A stretch of 64,000 nt of DNA from Isurus oxyrinchus (taxonomy: Eukaryota): the NCBI GenBank assembly GCA_026770705.1, contig JANJGN010000021.1, positions 89,714,001 through 89,778,000 on the forward strand. Direction: 5' to 3'. This document shows positions 49,919 to 63,454 of the stretch, piece after piece. A program made the position numbers and the translations under genes. Below the pieces are notes generated by a model. The model was not told the origin of the DNA and ran no database searches. It worked only from the letters and a program-made list of their open reading frames with translations. Each line of letters starts with the position of its first letter. The first letter of the stretch is position 1.

Positions 49919-50035
49919 ACCTGGAAATGGATGAGAACAAAGATCCTGGGTCAGCGATTACTGCTGAAAGTAACACAGCTGAAGATGAAAATTCGAAGGA
50001 AGAAATGAAACTCAGCACCAAAATGACTACAAAAG
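49919..50035 (+). CDS. Candidate 117-nt symmetric phase-1 exon encoding an acidic, low-complexity peptide
   Basis: ttgttttctctttggataatttgaaag| ... AAG|gtaatg. Frame xLEMDENKDPGSAITAESNTAEDENSKEEMKLSTKMTTK is open; sequence is purine/GAA-rich against AT-rich flanks. Confidence 0.5.
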
Positions 50036-51809
50036 GTAATGATGTATAACGATTATGACAATATTGTTAACTGTCTGGTATAAGGATAAATCTACACAAA
50101 TTTTAAAGAAAATGAAATCAGATTGAATTGTTTTCAAACTGTTCTTAATATTTGAATTTGTATGATTTAAAACATCTTTGAAAATACTGCTAACGAGATT
50201 AGTGAATGAATGTACAGCACATTAATAAAATTACTCTCAACGATTTCAACATAGTCATTGAATTGCAGCGCCCACATTGTTTTGCTTTAGTATCAGTAAG
50301 TGTTCTTACATGGCCAGCAACACCTTTACAAGTCCAACATTCATAAAAGAACGATAGATGTTACTTTCCAGGTAATGGATTTTCTTAACCCATCTGGGAT
50401 TTTATATATTCGGGTTTTAACAAATTATGTCGAGCACTTAGCACAAGACCGAATGCTTTGGCTTCATTGTATCCCAGGTACTGAGGTATTGAGAATAACA
50501 AGTTCTACAATGCACGAATAAAACATGCAGAGCTTCTGACTATCTTCAGGAGAAACAATAACCCTCTGTTCAGAATTTGATGCCCACTTTTTGCCATGTG
50601 TCTGACGGAAATGGTGCATCACTTAACCTGAATCCTTTCCACTTGACTCTAAGTAACCTGGTTAGATATGCACGCAACTTCTTCCCCTGTTGATCATTTT
50701 TCTCTCTTCTTGCTTTTATTACAAATCATCCCTCCCATCTTAGTGTAGAATCACCATTCGAACTCTTCTCACTGCTTCGTGCCTTCTCTGTATTTGGCAT
50801 CCTGTGTCACACAGGACTCTGTGCTTTCTGTACTTCCATGTAGGTGGACATGATCCCAAGCAATGAAATGCATATAGGTCATACGGAGCCTTCTGAAACA
50901 TTTATAATTCAGGAAACACGTGCTTCAAACATTGAGTTATTTGAAATAAGAATGTAATTTTTAATTTACTATTATGAGCTTTTGATTTATTCATCGGAGA
51001 AAAATAATATCTTTAAGTGATATACCAATACTTAAACTATTTTCTACCAATTATTGTGGCTCACATAAGGACAGAATAAGAGACGAAATAGGCCAAATGG
51101 TTCCTTTGTCTGCCATTCGATAATATCGAAACTTGAGAACATAGGTATAGGAGTATGTGATTTTGCCCCTCGTGCCTGCTCTGCCATTTACTGGGACCAT
51201 ATTTGATTTATGACCCAATCCATACGTGCTTTTCTAATACATCTTTTAACTCGCCTGGGTATCAAAATTTCTATGAATCTCAGGTAAAATTAACAATTGA
51301 CATTCAACTAACTCAATTCAATTCTTTCGTTGAAATCCCAGAGTAGACGATAAAGATGTTCCGAAATGTGATTCTACTGGCCTTTCTCCTTCGCAGTCGA
51401 ATGCAGTCTTCAATCTGAGGCACTCACGGGGTTAGGCTTCCCAGTCTGAGTTCAGAGGCAGAAAGGCAAAAGGCGTTCTGAACCAATTGTGGGGAGTTCA
51501 GTCATCGGGGCCAGCGAGTTCCTTACATGGAAGCTTTCAGCTTGTTTAAGCATTTCCTCTAAACTCTGCCCCTGCCAGGTGAACGTACAATGCATTTCTT
51601 TCAGTGATCCACCATGGCGAGGCTGTAGCTGGTAGGGAAGCTATGTCAATATTTAACCTACCAAGTTAGTCTGTGTTCTTAACTTTGTTCCTGGTGTTAT
51701 CAACTAGCTGCAAGTCGATTATTAGTCCCATGCTTATGGTCTGACATTCCAGCCAAACGAAAAATCAGCATCTCCTTTCCGTTTATCTGTTTTGTTTGCT
51801 TACCTGGAG

Positions 51810-52890
51810 CACTAGAAAAACTGATGTCAGTAGGAATCTGGGGGAAAACGTTGCGTGGCTGGAGTGATATCTAACAGAAAGGAAGATGGCTGTGGTTGTT
51901 GGAAGTCAATCATTTCAGTCCCTCGAAATCACTGCAAGACTTCCTCAGGGTAGTGTTCTAAGCTTAAATATCTTTAGCTGCTTGATCAATGACTTTCCTT
52001 CCATCATAAGGTCAGATCTGGGGATGTTCACTGATGACTGCACAATTTTCAGCACCATTCACAACTCAACAGATACCGAAGCAGTCTGTGCCCATGTGCT
52101 GCAAACCTGGAACACATTAAGTCTTGGGCTGATAAGTGGCAAGTAATGTTCGTGATAGATATGTCCCAGAAATCTGCACAAACCATCTCCAATAACGGGG
52201 AGTCTAACCATGACCCTTTGGCATTCAAGGGCATTACCATCACTCAGTGCCCAACATCCTGGGATTTTCCATTGATTGTAGCTAGGAGAGCAGGTCAGCG
52301 AATTGGGATTTTTGCAGCGAATAACTCACCTGGTTTCCTCCCAAGGCTTGTTCACTAACTACAAATAGCAAGCAGAAATGTGATGGAATACTCCGCAGTT
52401 GCCTGGACGATTGTAGCTCCAAAAGCACGCAATAGGCTTGACAGCACTTCAGACAAAGCAGCCCATTTGATGGCATGCCATCCACCACCTGCAACATCGG
52501 CTCCCGCAAACACCGACGAACAGTGGCAGCAATGTGTTCCATCCACAAGATGCACTGCAGCAATTCCTCAATGCTCCTTCAATATCACCTTCCAAACTCG
52601 TGACCCCTACTAACCATAAGGACAAAGGCAACATATGCATGGCAATTCCACAACCTGCACGTTACCCCTAAGCCACATTCCATCCTGACTGAACTCTATC
52701 GCCATTCCTTCACCATCCTTGCGTCAAAATCCTGGAATTTCCCTCCTGACATACTATGGGTGTACCTGCACCACCTGGACTGCAGGGGCTCAAAAATAGA
52801 TCCTCCAGCACCTTCTCAGGGCAATTAAGGATGGATAATAAAAAAATGCTGACCTAATCAGTGACACCTTAATCCATGAACGAATATAAA
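51810..52890 (+). mobile_element. Family B LINE, RT to 3' end
   Basis: ORF 51886..52146 LPQGSVLSLNIFSCLINDFPSIIRSDLGMFTDDCT. Confidence 0.92.
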
Positions 52891-53789
52891 AAATGAGCAG
52901 TCACCCTGAGCTCCAAGCAACCTTTGAAGCAAGTGGAAAATAACGGCTGAGCACTTTACTGGTTGGGGTCATCCCGACTTAAGGCGGGTGATAGCTGACC
53001 AGTGGCAAGCGATAGTCCTTCCCACCACTGGGCACATCCCACACCATCCATTCTCTGTGTCAATGAAGTTGGTCTTCTCATTTGTTTATGCTGCTTCCCG
53101 TTTTGCCTTAACATTACACAGTGATAGCGCAGTGTCTGGCCAGAGTGCAAGCCTGGTCAAAATTACCGCCAAAACGTCATGAATGTCTGACTTGGAATGC
53201 AGAGTACACAGAATGCAAAGTACAAAGTTTGGGACTGGATTTGTTTTAGGAATTGTTGCAAAGATTGCATATTTAAACATCAGTCCACCTATCATCTCAA
53301 CCTTAGATTTTGTGTCAGGATTTGCTCTGTTGGCTTTCAACTCTCCCGATGAATCAACTTCGCCCTTTGACCAGGGCTTATTTCATGTGCACTGGGGCGT
53401 GCCTAAACACTGGCGGACCTGCAAACTGCATGCCTGGGAGATATAATTCCGCCAAGTTCCTTGGAAGCTTTTGCCTGAGTCTGTGCGAGATGCAGTTTCC
53501 GAGTGTCGTGATGGTGAGGCACAATACAGGACTGTTCGATGGAGAATCTGTGTACTGACAGGGAGAGCGTTAGGCATTTTGCTTTCCTATTTTGCTTTGC
53601 TGCTAGTCAGTTGTGTAGACTGACAATGAGAAGCAAAGGTAACAAAACAAAAAAAAATTCTGGAAGTACGTTAACCTTTCTTTACCCATTCACACTTGAT
53701 GCATCACATCAACCTGTTGGACACACTGCAGAGTCCCCTGGATATTTGCTTCCACCAGGAGGTTTTTTGTAACTTGGGTTTTCTTTCAG

Positions 53790-53875
53790 AACAAACCATG
53801 CTGAAAGCTTTCTTGGATACATCGTTGACAAAAAAGTTATCAGTATCAGCTGAATCTGACTATTCCCAGACGTGA
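53790..53875 (+). other. Candidate terminal coding exon (phase 1, EQTMLKAFLDTSLTKKLSVSAESDYSQT*)
   Basis: Acceptor ggttttctttcag|, phase-compatible with 49919-50035. No homology recognised. Confidence 0.25.
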
Positions 53876-54137
53876 TTCTTTCAACATCATTCCCAATGCA
53901 TGCAACTACCACAGCCCTGACTGCGATCACTCGCTGGAGGACGCCAGAGTTAGGAGGTAACGTCTGAAGTTTTCCATTCAAACTGGAAAGGTCACCCTCC
54001 TATCAAACTCAGTCATACTCCCTACCCAGACCAAAACCAATGAATCGATTCGTCAAATGCTAGATCCATTTTCACACTAACCGTCGAAGGTAAATGGAAC
54101 ATAATAGCATACACATTTTAGAATACCACATTCTACA

Positions 54138-54239
54138 AATGGAACAGAAGAGAGGAAAAACGCTGTTTCTTTGGAGGGGAAAATTGGTGTAATTGAACCT
54201 GTCATTGAAGCCGAACGATGCTCATTAATTGCAAGATAG
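54138..54239 (+). mobile_element. Tigger/pogo transposase N-terminal HTH fossil
   Basis: ERKNAVSLEGKIGVIEPVIEAERCSLIAR* resembles the CENP-B/psq HTH start RKxISLEEKLxVI......S.IAR. Confidence 0.45.
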
Positions 54240-54249
54240 ATACTGGTGA

Positions 54250-55840
54250 GAAGGCACTGAATGCACTATGGGCTGGTCGGAGTAAAGTCCAAGGTTTGCA
54301 GGCCCTGCACCAATGATTACTAACTACAACAGTTCCAGAATATACAGATACCCTCCGACACCAGAACTGCTAGGGTGATGTTTGATGTGATTAAAATGGC
54401 AACATGTCCATCCCCAAAGAAAGCAGCTCTACAGAAAACAAAGCCAGAGAAGTCATCGTTGGCTGCAATAAACAGTTGGAGAGATAGGTAGAATAATGCC
54501 TTACGTTGTACTTAAAAGAGAACACGGTCACTGAGGAAGCTCCATGCACAATAGACAGTCTGACACAGTGAAATGCAGAATTGCCATGCCTTCACAGCCT
54601 GGCAGTTTCAAGAGAAATGCTGTGAAGAAATATATTACCTTCATCATAGACATGCAACCATGTAAGAAACAGTGGCCAGTTTAAGCTACAAAAGGAAATT
54701 GGCTGTCCGCTGAATCTATTCAGTGTAATGATCTCCAACATGATGGGTAATGTCAAGTACGACATTGGGACTTTCTGATATGTGGAGTGGCGTCAAGCAT
54801 GGTTGAATGCTGGTGCCAACGCTCTTTGGCATATTCTTATCTTTGCTGCTGTCATATGCCTTCCATTCATCTGCAAAGCGGCACTAATGTTTAAACTGAA
54901 CTGACGGAAAGTTATTCAGTATTTCCCGTTTGATAACCAAGACAGAACAGACCAATTCCTCATCAGAGTGTTGTTTTTCAACGTCGATGGTACCTATCAT
55001 TCCATACCGAGGACCACCTTCAGGAGCAAATTGACTAACACGCCGGTAAAGAGCTTGGTTTTCTCGTCAACCTACATCAGATAGGCAAATACCATGGTCG
55101 AGGACTTTGCCATGCTACAATAAATCAGCCGTGTTAATATGACACTGGAGTCTGTTAGTTGCATTGCCTATCTAGGCTTTGCAACAACCAGCAATCCATC
55201 ACTTGATGCCGAAACCAATGTATCATTTGCAAAACCAGCAGCTGTTCTGTGAGGCTGAGTAAGAGAGTATAGAAAATCAGGAATGCAGAATTGTGAGAAT
55301 ATATAGCCTGCACCCTCGATGCTCTTCTGGTCAGCAGTGAGGCTTCGACAACTTACGGCTGAGCTTTTTCAACCCTTGGTGTCTCAGATGTATCCGCAGG
55401 ACAAGTTCATAAAATCAGAGGCACTGGAACATCTATCTTTATCGGTATACATACATCCCAGAGCATGTGATAACTGCGTTCATTGATGGATGGCGTCCGC
55501 ACACAATGACCTCCTGTGCCATGAACGGATGAATGGGTCACGACCTGCTGGGTGCCCATACCTCTGCTACAAGGACATCTACAAGTGATGTATGAAAATG
55601 GCCGACACTGACAACTGGGAGGCAATCACCGAGTGCCATGGCCATTGGAGGCTGACAGGCAGGAGGGGCACTGGAAGAGACATGAGGTAAGAGAAGCTAA
55701 GCTAGGCGAGAAGAATGCCCAAGGAATAGAGAGGCCAATGAATCCTATGCCTTCACAAACCCCTCTCTTGATTTTCAGCAAATCTAGCACAGACTGCCTT
55801 GCTGGAGTGGAGTTCCTGAGTCACATTCAATTCTACTCAC
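54250..55840 (+). mobile_element. Decayed RTE (BovB-like) LINE
   Basis: 54785-54930 reads SGVKHG*MLVPTLFGIFLSLLLSYAF...TDGKLF; later remnants match the RTE C-terminus. Confidence 0.78.
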
Positions 55841-56469
55841 CGTCCCAATTCCCGTTGGAAATGATAAATGTATGGAGCTGTAAATGAGCAGCGAATTTGC
55901 TATTGGATGCAATCAGCGATGAACGCTTGCCTGATGATACCTAATTTACACTTCCCAACTCCCATATACCATCAAAGCATAGTCATTGGTTTTGCTTTAC
56001 AAAGCACATTTGTTTTGTATGAAAGTTTAATAAAAAGTTATTTATGTCACGTTTCAGATCCAACTGAGATCAAGTATCGCCCAGTGCAATCAGGTAAATG
56101 AACTTACTTTTACACAAAGCTCCAAACCCTAATGTGGTCACACCTGTGTTTGAATGGCAGTTTTGGGAGAGTTCAAGGGTTGATATATTATGGTTGCAGA
56201 ACAATGTTCAATTTTCAAAATTGTGTGCACACCCAGACAAGTTCGTGCATCAACTAAAAATACTGATCATTTCTCAAGTCTAACGAGTTCTTAAGATGTT
56301 AAAGACAATGGACTGAATTTCCCATGGCCATTTGAGGCAGGCTAGGAAGGAACAAGGCTGGCAACATGACAGGCGAAGCTTCTGGATGGAGACCAATATT
56401 TTTCTCTCCGCTATGGCGTATTCCAGCAAGGGAGAAATAAAACACCCATCCTTTATATCAAAGATCTTC

Positions 56470-57112
56470 TAATCACCGACTGCCCCAAATTTAATATGCT
56501 TGGGTCATCATTGCCCATTGGAATGGCCATATAGATATTGTGGCTGAAAGAGCTAATCAGGGGTTGGGATTTTTGCGGCGCCTATCTGACCTGCTGACTC
56601 CAAAACCTTGTCACTTATCTACAAGGCATGTGTCTGATGGAATTCTACCCACATGCCTGGAGAAGTGCCCCTACGAAACTCAAGAATTGCGTCATTCTCT
56701 AGGTCAAAGTAGGACCGTTTGATTAGAATTCCCCTGCCCTATTTTAAGACTATTCGGCAGGCCCACCCTTTCTCCAGTATCTACTATCTTCAAGATGCTC
56801 TGCAGCACCTCCTAAATTCATGAATTCTGCCACCTGGTCGGACTAGAGAAGTGCTCTGTAAAACCACGTGCTGAAAACTCCCCTCCAATACCAGACCATT
56901 CTGATCCTGACTTGATACAGCATCAAGGTTCTTTCAAAGTCTTTGTTTCATAATCCTGGATCGTCTTCCATAACAGAACTGTGGGTGCACCGACAATACA
57001 TGAAGAGCAGTGACTCAAGAAATCAGCTCTGCGCCACCTTCTAAAAGTCAATTAGCGATGGGCAATAAATGTTTTTCCCCCGTTGACGTTCATATACTTT
57101 GAACGAATAAAA
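56470..57112 (+). mobile_element. Older family B LINE 3' part
   Basis: VAERANQGLGFLRR and terminus gatgggcaataaatg...gaacgaataaaa. Confidence 0.8.
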
Positions 57113-57369
57113 GTTAGGGGAGAATTAACATTATAGCCGGAATTCTGTTCTCATGGTTGGTGTCCCAATGATGTGTGTTAGGGCTAGGGGCAAAACTGCT
57201 CAGCCACCTGTGGGACCCAGCGCACAACAATATGGGGTGAGGCAACTAATTGATTGCAGTCAGTGTTGAGCTACCTATTAAAAAGGGCAGCCCAGCCCCA
57301 GACGTTGCTAGCCTGCTCAGCAGTCAAAGTGGCACCACCTTAGCGGTGGCCATTGATCATACGATCACA

Positions 57370-58670
57370 GGAATTAGCAGCAATTATGGACCATTCAGGC
57401 CCTCAGATTGCTACACCCTTCACTATGATCAGAGCTGATTATATTGTGCCCATAACCCAACTTTCCTACCTCTTCCTCATAACGCTTGACGAGTTGCTTA
57501 CCAAACATTTGTCGTACTTCGCCTTGAATGCATTCAAATACACTGTTCTCCAGTGGAAAAGAATTCCACAGATTGATGATCTTCTGAGAGAAGAAATACC
57601 ATCTCAGCTCAACCTGATATGCGAAACTGTGCCGCCATGTTGTAGATTACACCACGAAGGGAAACATCCTCCCAGCCCCTATTCAGTTAAACCCCCTCAG
57701 AATCTTATGTTTCAGTAAGGTCTCCTACCATTCCCTGAATCCCTATGAGTATAGGCCCAACCTGCTTAACTTTTCCTCATAACATTCATATTCGGAATCA
57801 GCATAGAGAATCTTTTTTGAACTTTTTCTAGTGCAAATATTTCCTTGCTTAAGGAAGGAGACCAAAACTCTGCACAGTATTCTAGTTGCAGTATCTGTAC
57901 AGTTCTAGCAAAATATCCCTACATTTATATTCAATCTCATTTGCAACAAAAGGCCAAAATTGCATTTGACTTCTTAATTGACTATTATGCCTGCACGTTA
58001 TTTTATGTGATTCATGTACAATGACACACATTTCACTCTTCTCGTGCAAATTGCTGCAGTCCCTCTCCATTTGTATAACAGTCTGCTGTTCTAGAATTCT
58101 TGGAAAAATAGACAACATCACTGTTTACCACATAATGCTCCACTGCCAAATCTTTGCATCATCAGCAAATTTGGCTCGGGTGCCTTCATTTCAGTCATCA
58201 ATATATATTGGAAATAGGTGAGATGCCAGCGCTGATCCCTGGGACACTCCACAAGTGATAGTGCGCCAACCTGTAAATGATCAATTTCTCCCAACTATCT
58301 ATTCCCTGTTTGTTAGTCAATCCTCTATTCATGCTGATGCATCATCCTCAGCACCACAATCTCCCGTCCTGAGTAGTAAGCTTTTATGTGGCATTGAATG
58401 CCTTTGGAAATCCAAAAATAAAGCATCTGCTTATCCAACTGTATCCACCCTGTTTGTTTTGCACCTTCAAAGAACTCTAACAAATTTGTCAAACACGATT
58501 TTCCGCCCACAAAACCATGTTAACTCTGGCTGATTTTTTGAAAATACTTTGGTAAATACCCTGACACCACCTATTTAACAATCGATTACAGCAGTTTTCC
58601 CAATGACAGATGTTAGGCCTATAGTTTCTGTTTCCTGTCTCCCTACTTTCTTGAAGCAGATGTGTTACAT
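57370..58670 (-). mobile_element. CR1 LINE, 3' end to RT
   Basis: KSCLTNLLEFFEG; gatccctgggacactcc = GVSQGS; IEYKCRDILLELYR. Confidence 0.9.
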
Positions 58671-61600
58671 TTGTGGCATTCTGGCACGAGTGGACTATTT
58701 GGGAAGTTAGGGATTGTTGCTACTGCACATGGGCGAAGAGGACACCGTTCCAGCACACACCCCAGCTAAGTAAGTGTTGAGTGAGGACGCTGTGGCTAGG
58801 AATCAGCCAAGGTGCATTGGGGTAGCTGGAAGTGAGGGGGGTGGGGTGAGGGGGATACTGCGGTGTGGAAGATGAAGGTGAACTCTGACGTTGCCGTGGG
58901 AGCAATCTTGGATGCCAGAGATCCCTCAGTGACCTGAAAAGTGCCCAGACCCCCATCCCACCCGCCTCCTTGCCCCCACAAGCCCGCTCCAGTCTTGTAT
59001 TCTTTCCTTGGCCAAGGAAGCTCCGTTTACAACGCGGCCAAACAGGTTGAGCATCAATCTGCAAATCTTTCTAACTTTACCAACCACAGGCGGTAAGAGC
59101 AGAAGCATTTCCTAGTAAGCCATGCGATGGAAGGAATGTTGGAGATTCCACCCTCAGTATTTCTCGCTCCAGACGTGCAAGTGCATGTTGAGACAGCAAT
59201 TCGGGGTGGTTGGCTGACTAATTGCTGCAGAATAGATTGGTGTACAGCATTCGATCCCACTTCAGGCTGCATGTGGGTCATGGCACTATGCATCGGGCTT
59301 GTCTTCGGGCTGATAACTGAATAAGATGTAAACGCCATTTTTCCCGTTAATACAACATGCATACGTCTTTTCTTTATTAAAATAAATTGCGATTATTAAC
59401 TGCTAAACCAAAAATGTTTCATGGGTGTTCCGTAACTTCACATTGTGCTAATCACTTTTAATGGTTTCACCATATTCTCCATTTGTTTTTTCAAAACATA
59501 TTTGTGCATTTTAAAACTTGATAACATATCATTTCAGGTGTTCAAAGACTTATTGAGATCTTGTGTAAGCAACAATTCATAAATCATTTGACTTCAAAGC
59601 TAGCAAAACTGCTGAATGCAAAACCTAGTGAATTGTTGTTCGGGTCAGATTATTGTCAGGTACATTCAAACTCTTTTAGCATCACCGACCACCGTAGAGT
59701 GTTGTAATACAATTGCATAGTTTAAAACATGCTGTAATTCAATACGCAGTTGAGTAACCATTGTCCAAATTCTGTGGCAAGCATTCTCTCTTCACCTTGC
59801 TAATGCCCATCTATTAAAATTGACAGGGTATTGAGCGGACCTTCCTGTCATCTGGCAATAGGTCCAGGCTGGCATATTCGACAGGGAATCCGTGCTGTCT
59901 TTGAGGAGGCTAGGAAACAGAAAGTTTCTTCTTCCATTCATATTGAAAAATACTTATCGGACACGCAGAATCCAAACCAAGAATTATGGCACAGGACACG
60001 TTAATGAGGCTTCAATCGTGAATACAAGTGGAAATAAATTTTGGGAGATACAGACATATTTAGAACAAAAGTAAAAAAAAAGAAAATATTAATTTTCAAT
60101 CTCCATCGCATTTTCTTTTCCAAATTAATGAGAATGCACGCTTGTGAAATACGTTTTGAACTCCAGGGAATATGTTTAGCAGAAACAATTGCTCAAAGCT
60201 CACACACCACCGAATGCACCCGCCCTAACTGTTTTTATTAGTGTGGAGTGAATTAGAAAGTGCACAGCATTGAAGTATTTCCAATGCCCAGCTTATTAGC
60301 GAGGGCTGTAAAAATGCACTCTGTAGAGAAGCAACTTGATCCTTGCGAAAATTTTATGTGTGTGGGCGTCAGAAGTTGCTGACCGATTTATCTCATAATA
60401 ACAGTGAGCATTGATAATCTCACCATTATCAATGCAGAAGCCTGGGGCGTTACTTTGAATGGACATCCTTGGATATAAGCAGGCTTTCGCCTGGAACATC
60501 AGAACCAATGTTAAGCACATATTCCTGAAATTTCTTTCTTCGTATTTTATGCCTTGCATTTTTGCTGTGTTCCACCCAATAGCCCATATGCAGGCTTCAG
60601 AACAAGCCAGTCTAGTGTTGTTTGGCATCAGAATGGTTCTCCACGTGGTTAATCACCATTATAGATGGATTAAGATTTTTAAAAAATCATTGGTCTTTAT
60701 AAAATAATAAACCCCCTTGAAGGTGTGAATTTATAACAAAGAACTTTGGAAAATTAACTCCTATTTGCATTATCCTGAATTTTAATTTTGAAATAGGAAT
60801 CTGGGAGCTTAAGGTGCGAAAAAGATCGAAATATATTTGCCTGTTGAGGGTGTAATAAATTATAAGCAAACTGAAGATTTATTTGTGAAGAAAAAGTGGT
60901 CTGCATTGCTTTGAAGAACTGTTTGTCAACAGCTTAGTGGTTGCAAGTTTACCCATTGATATTAAAGTTTATTTACGATGATGTGGTCTAACCACTACGC
61001 TATCTCTTAATTTTCATCGTTGCTGCTTCTCCCCCTTTTCAAGGGAAAACTCATATCTTCAGGGTGCTTTACATACATCACTTCCTAAACAACTGTCCTA
61101 AATAGCCAATGTTTACACAGAGGACAGCCTAATTCCACACACATTCTCTGTCCCTGTCACCTAAGTATCTTAGAGTAACAGAGTCATAATCTCAAACCTG
61201 GTTCAGATGCAGGGTAGATGAATTTGAAATTATTTAATCGGGCAGACACTCCAACGAAACGAGTCATATACCCACCATACTTTTTCAATTAGGTTATAAA
61301 ATCTGATGGTATCTATAATCAGCATTGCACCGGATCCCATCAGTCTTTAGGCGGATGTGTTAGTTTAAAATTGCCCCGCTTTCCAACAGTAATATTCTCT
61401 GTCCAAAGTAAGAGAGCGCAAAAATTACCGCCTGAGAATCGTGCAGCAGGAACTATTCTAGAGCCCATACCACTGCTGCATCATCAATATTTGCAGCGCA
61501 GAACTGGTAATATCTAGTCGATTTGTCCACAGTTTTAAGTCTACTTTTATTCATGACATTGCCAAAGAGATTTAAATAAAAACTTTTAACTGTCTTGTTG

Positions 61601-62299
61601 CTTTAGCGAAGTATTGAAGAAACATGTATGAATTTTTAATTGATTGTATATTTCCGAAATACTTTATGGAATGACTCCATGGTGCATGGTCTAGGGAGAT
61701 TTATGCATGTTGTTTTACATTTAAGACGTTTCAGAATAAGTATATTGTTCTTAACAAAATTCTATATTGTTCTCACACAGTGCCAAGAAGAACGAAAAGA
61801 GGTGATCAAAATAGCCATTGAATCTTGCTCCAGTGCAGACTGGATATGCTCTTCATATGAAGCATTTAGCAAATCAATGGATGCGTGCCTTGCTGATGAG
61901 TTCTCTGATTAATTGATATTAATAGGTTTTACTGCTTCTCCAACGTTCTTTGAAGTACAATAATTGAAAATATTTTGCGAGACATTACACTTCGAGTTAC
62001 ATTTCCACTTTGTTAAAATTATTCTGACTTAGCAACTTTGCTTCTGATGGCATCCAAATGACATTCATCAAAGTCATAAGGAGCATCACTGTTGCCGAGA
62101 ACCGTCTTGTGACTTCATAATTCTTAAAAAAAGCTCTGCTCTATTATTGAACTGGATGAGACGTCTCTTGACTTGCTCCATCCTTATTGCCAGAGCATCT
62201 CCTGCAATGGCTTCTCTTGCCACTCCCACACCTCCTGCACTGTTGATTCTGAAAAGAGTCTTAAAAATTCATAGCTGCCCCTCTATTTCGTGTTTCAAA

Positions 62300-62770
62300 G
62301 AATCGTAGAAGATTCCAGCAGAACAGGAGGCCATTCGGTCCGTCTTAGCTGTGCTGGCTCTGAATGTGAATTTCACCTGCAGTCCCGCCTTCTCCCCATA
62401 ATCATGCACATTCTTCCTTTTCAGATAATAAGCCAAGCTCCTACCTAATGTCTCGATTGAACCTGAACCCAACTCTTTCTTTTTCTTAGACAGTCCTGCC
62501 GGATTGAGGATGATTTGTTTCCGTTCGGGTTAGATTGGTTTGAGATGGCTGCTAAGTCCAATGTGCGATCTACAGAGACTGCTACATGTGGGGTAGGTGG
62601 CGATTGAGGAATAGAAGAGATAAGTTGATTGCAGTCCTTGGCTCCCTCTCTAGAGCCTCAAATTCACCTCTGCATGCTCCTGACGAATTGCAGCTGGTGG
62701 TAATACGCCAGCGTTTTCAATTGCCTGCTCTAGGTTTTCCAAGTCTCAGAAGGATGTAGGAGAGCAGAGA
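62300..62770 (-). mobile_element. CR1 3' tail (62300-62470) followed by an RTE-like 3' tail
   Basis: acaggaggccattcggtcc is an antisense CR1 tail. gctaagtccaatgtgcgatctacag..ctgctacatgtggg is the antisense of the RTE terminal Cys/His segment. Confidence 0.6.
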
Positions 62771-62799
62771 TCACAATATAGATGTTCTATTTGTTCTTA

Positions 62800-63440
62800 A
62801 GCTCAGCATCAGATCTCAAATCCTTTCCATCAACTTACGCCCTATGTCCACATCTGTAATATCACTGCTACAGGTTTTCTGCTGCTGACAACCTCTTCTA
62901 TGCCTTAGTTAGCTCCAGGCCCGACTTTTAAAATGATTTCCTGGCTATGATCCCACGAATCACTTTACAAAATCTTGAGTTCATCAAAATTCGTGCTGCC
63001 AGTTTATTAACATTATCCCATTGATCCGCTATCATTGTGCTCTTGACCGGCGTGCATTCTTTTAAAATTCTTATTCTTCTGTGCAAATTCAAACACGATC
63101 CCGCTCTTCCTATCGTTTGAAAATGTCTCCGGCCTTACAGTCTTCAGATATAAATGCGCTCCATTTCTGCGTGCCTGATATTCTTTGCTTTAACTTTGGC
63201 GGCCGTGACTTCAGTTCCCTAAACCCTGCATGTTGGAACGCATTGTGTTACCATTTCTGCTTCTCTATCAGACTCTCCTGCTTTAAGACGTTCATTAAAA
63301 CGTCCTCCGGATTTTGCTCACCAAACTTTTGGCTCGTGCAAGCATCTATTTGTGTAAACCTTTTGCAAATGATGCTTTTCTGAGCACCGTGGGGAATTAT
63401 TTGTGACGCGAAAGGCAGCATATAGATGACGGAAGTGCTG
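62800..63440 (+). mobile_element. L2-type LINE 3' end
   Basis: HALVSSRPDF...LQNLEFIKIRAASLL-like remnant, then GGRDFSSLNPACWNAL (GGRAFSxxxPxLWNSL) and an L2-like tail. Confidence 0.75.
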
Positions 63441-63454
63441 TGTATAGTCAGAGG

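Noticed and set aside
62080-62248. Minus-strand acceptor followed by short frames (e.g. NQQCRRCGSGKRSHCRRCSG)
   Set aside because: All frames stop within about 55 codons, with no recognisable family or linked exons.
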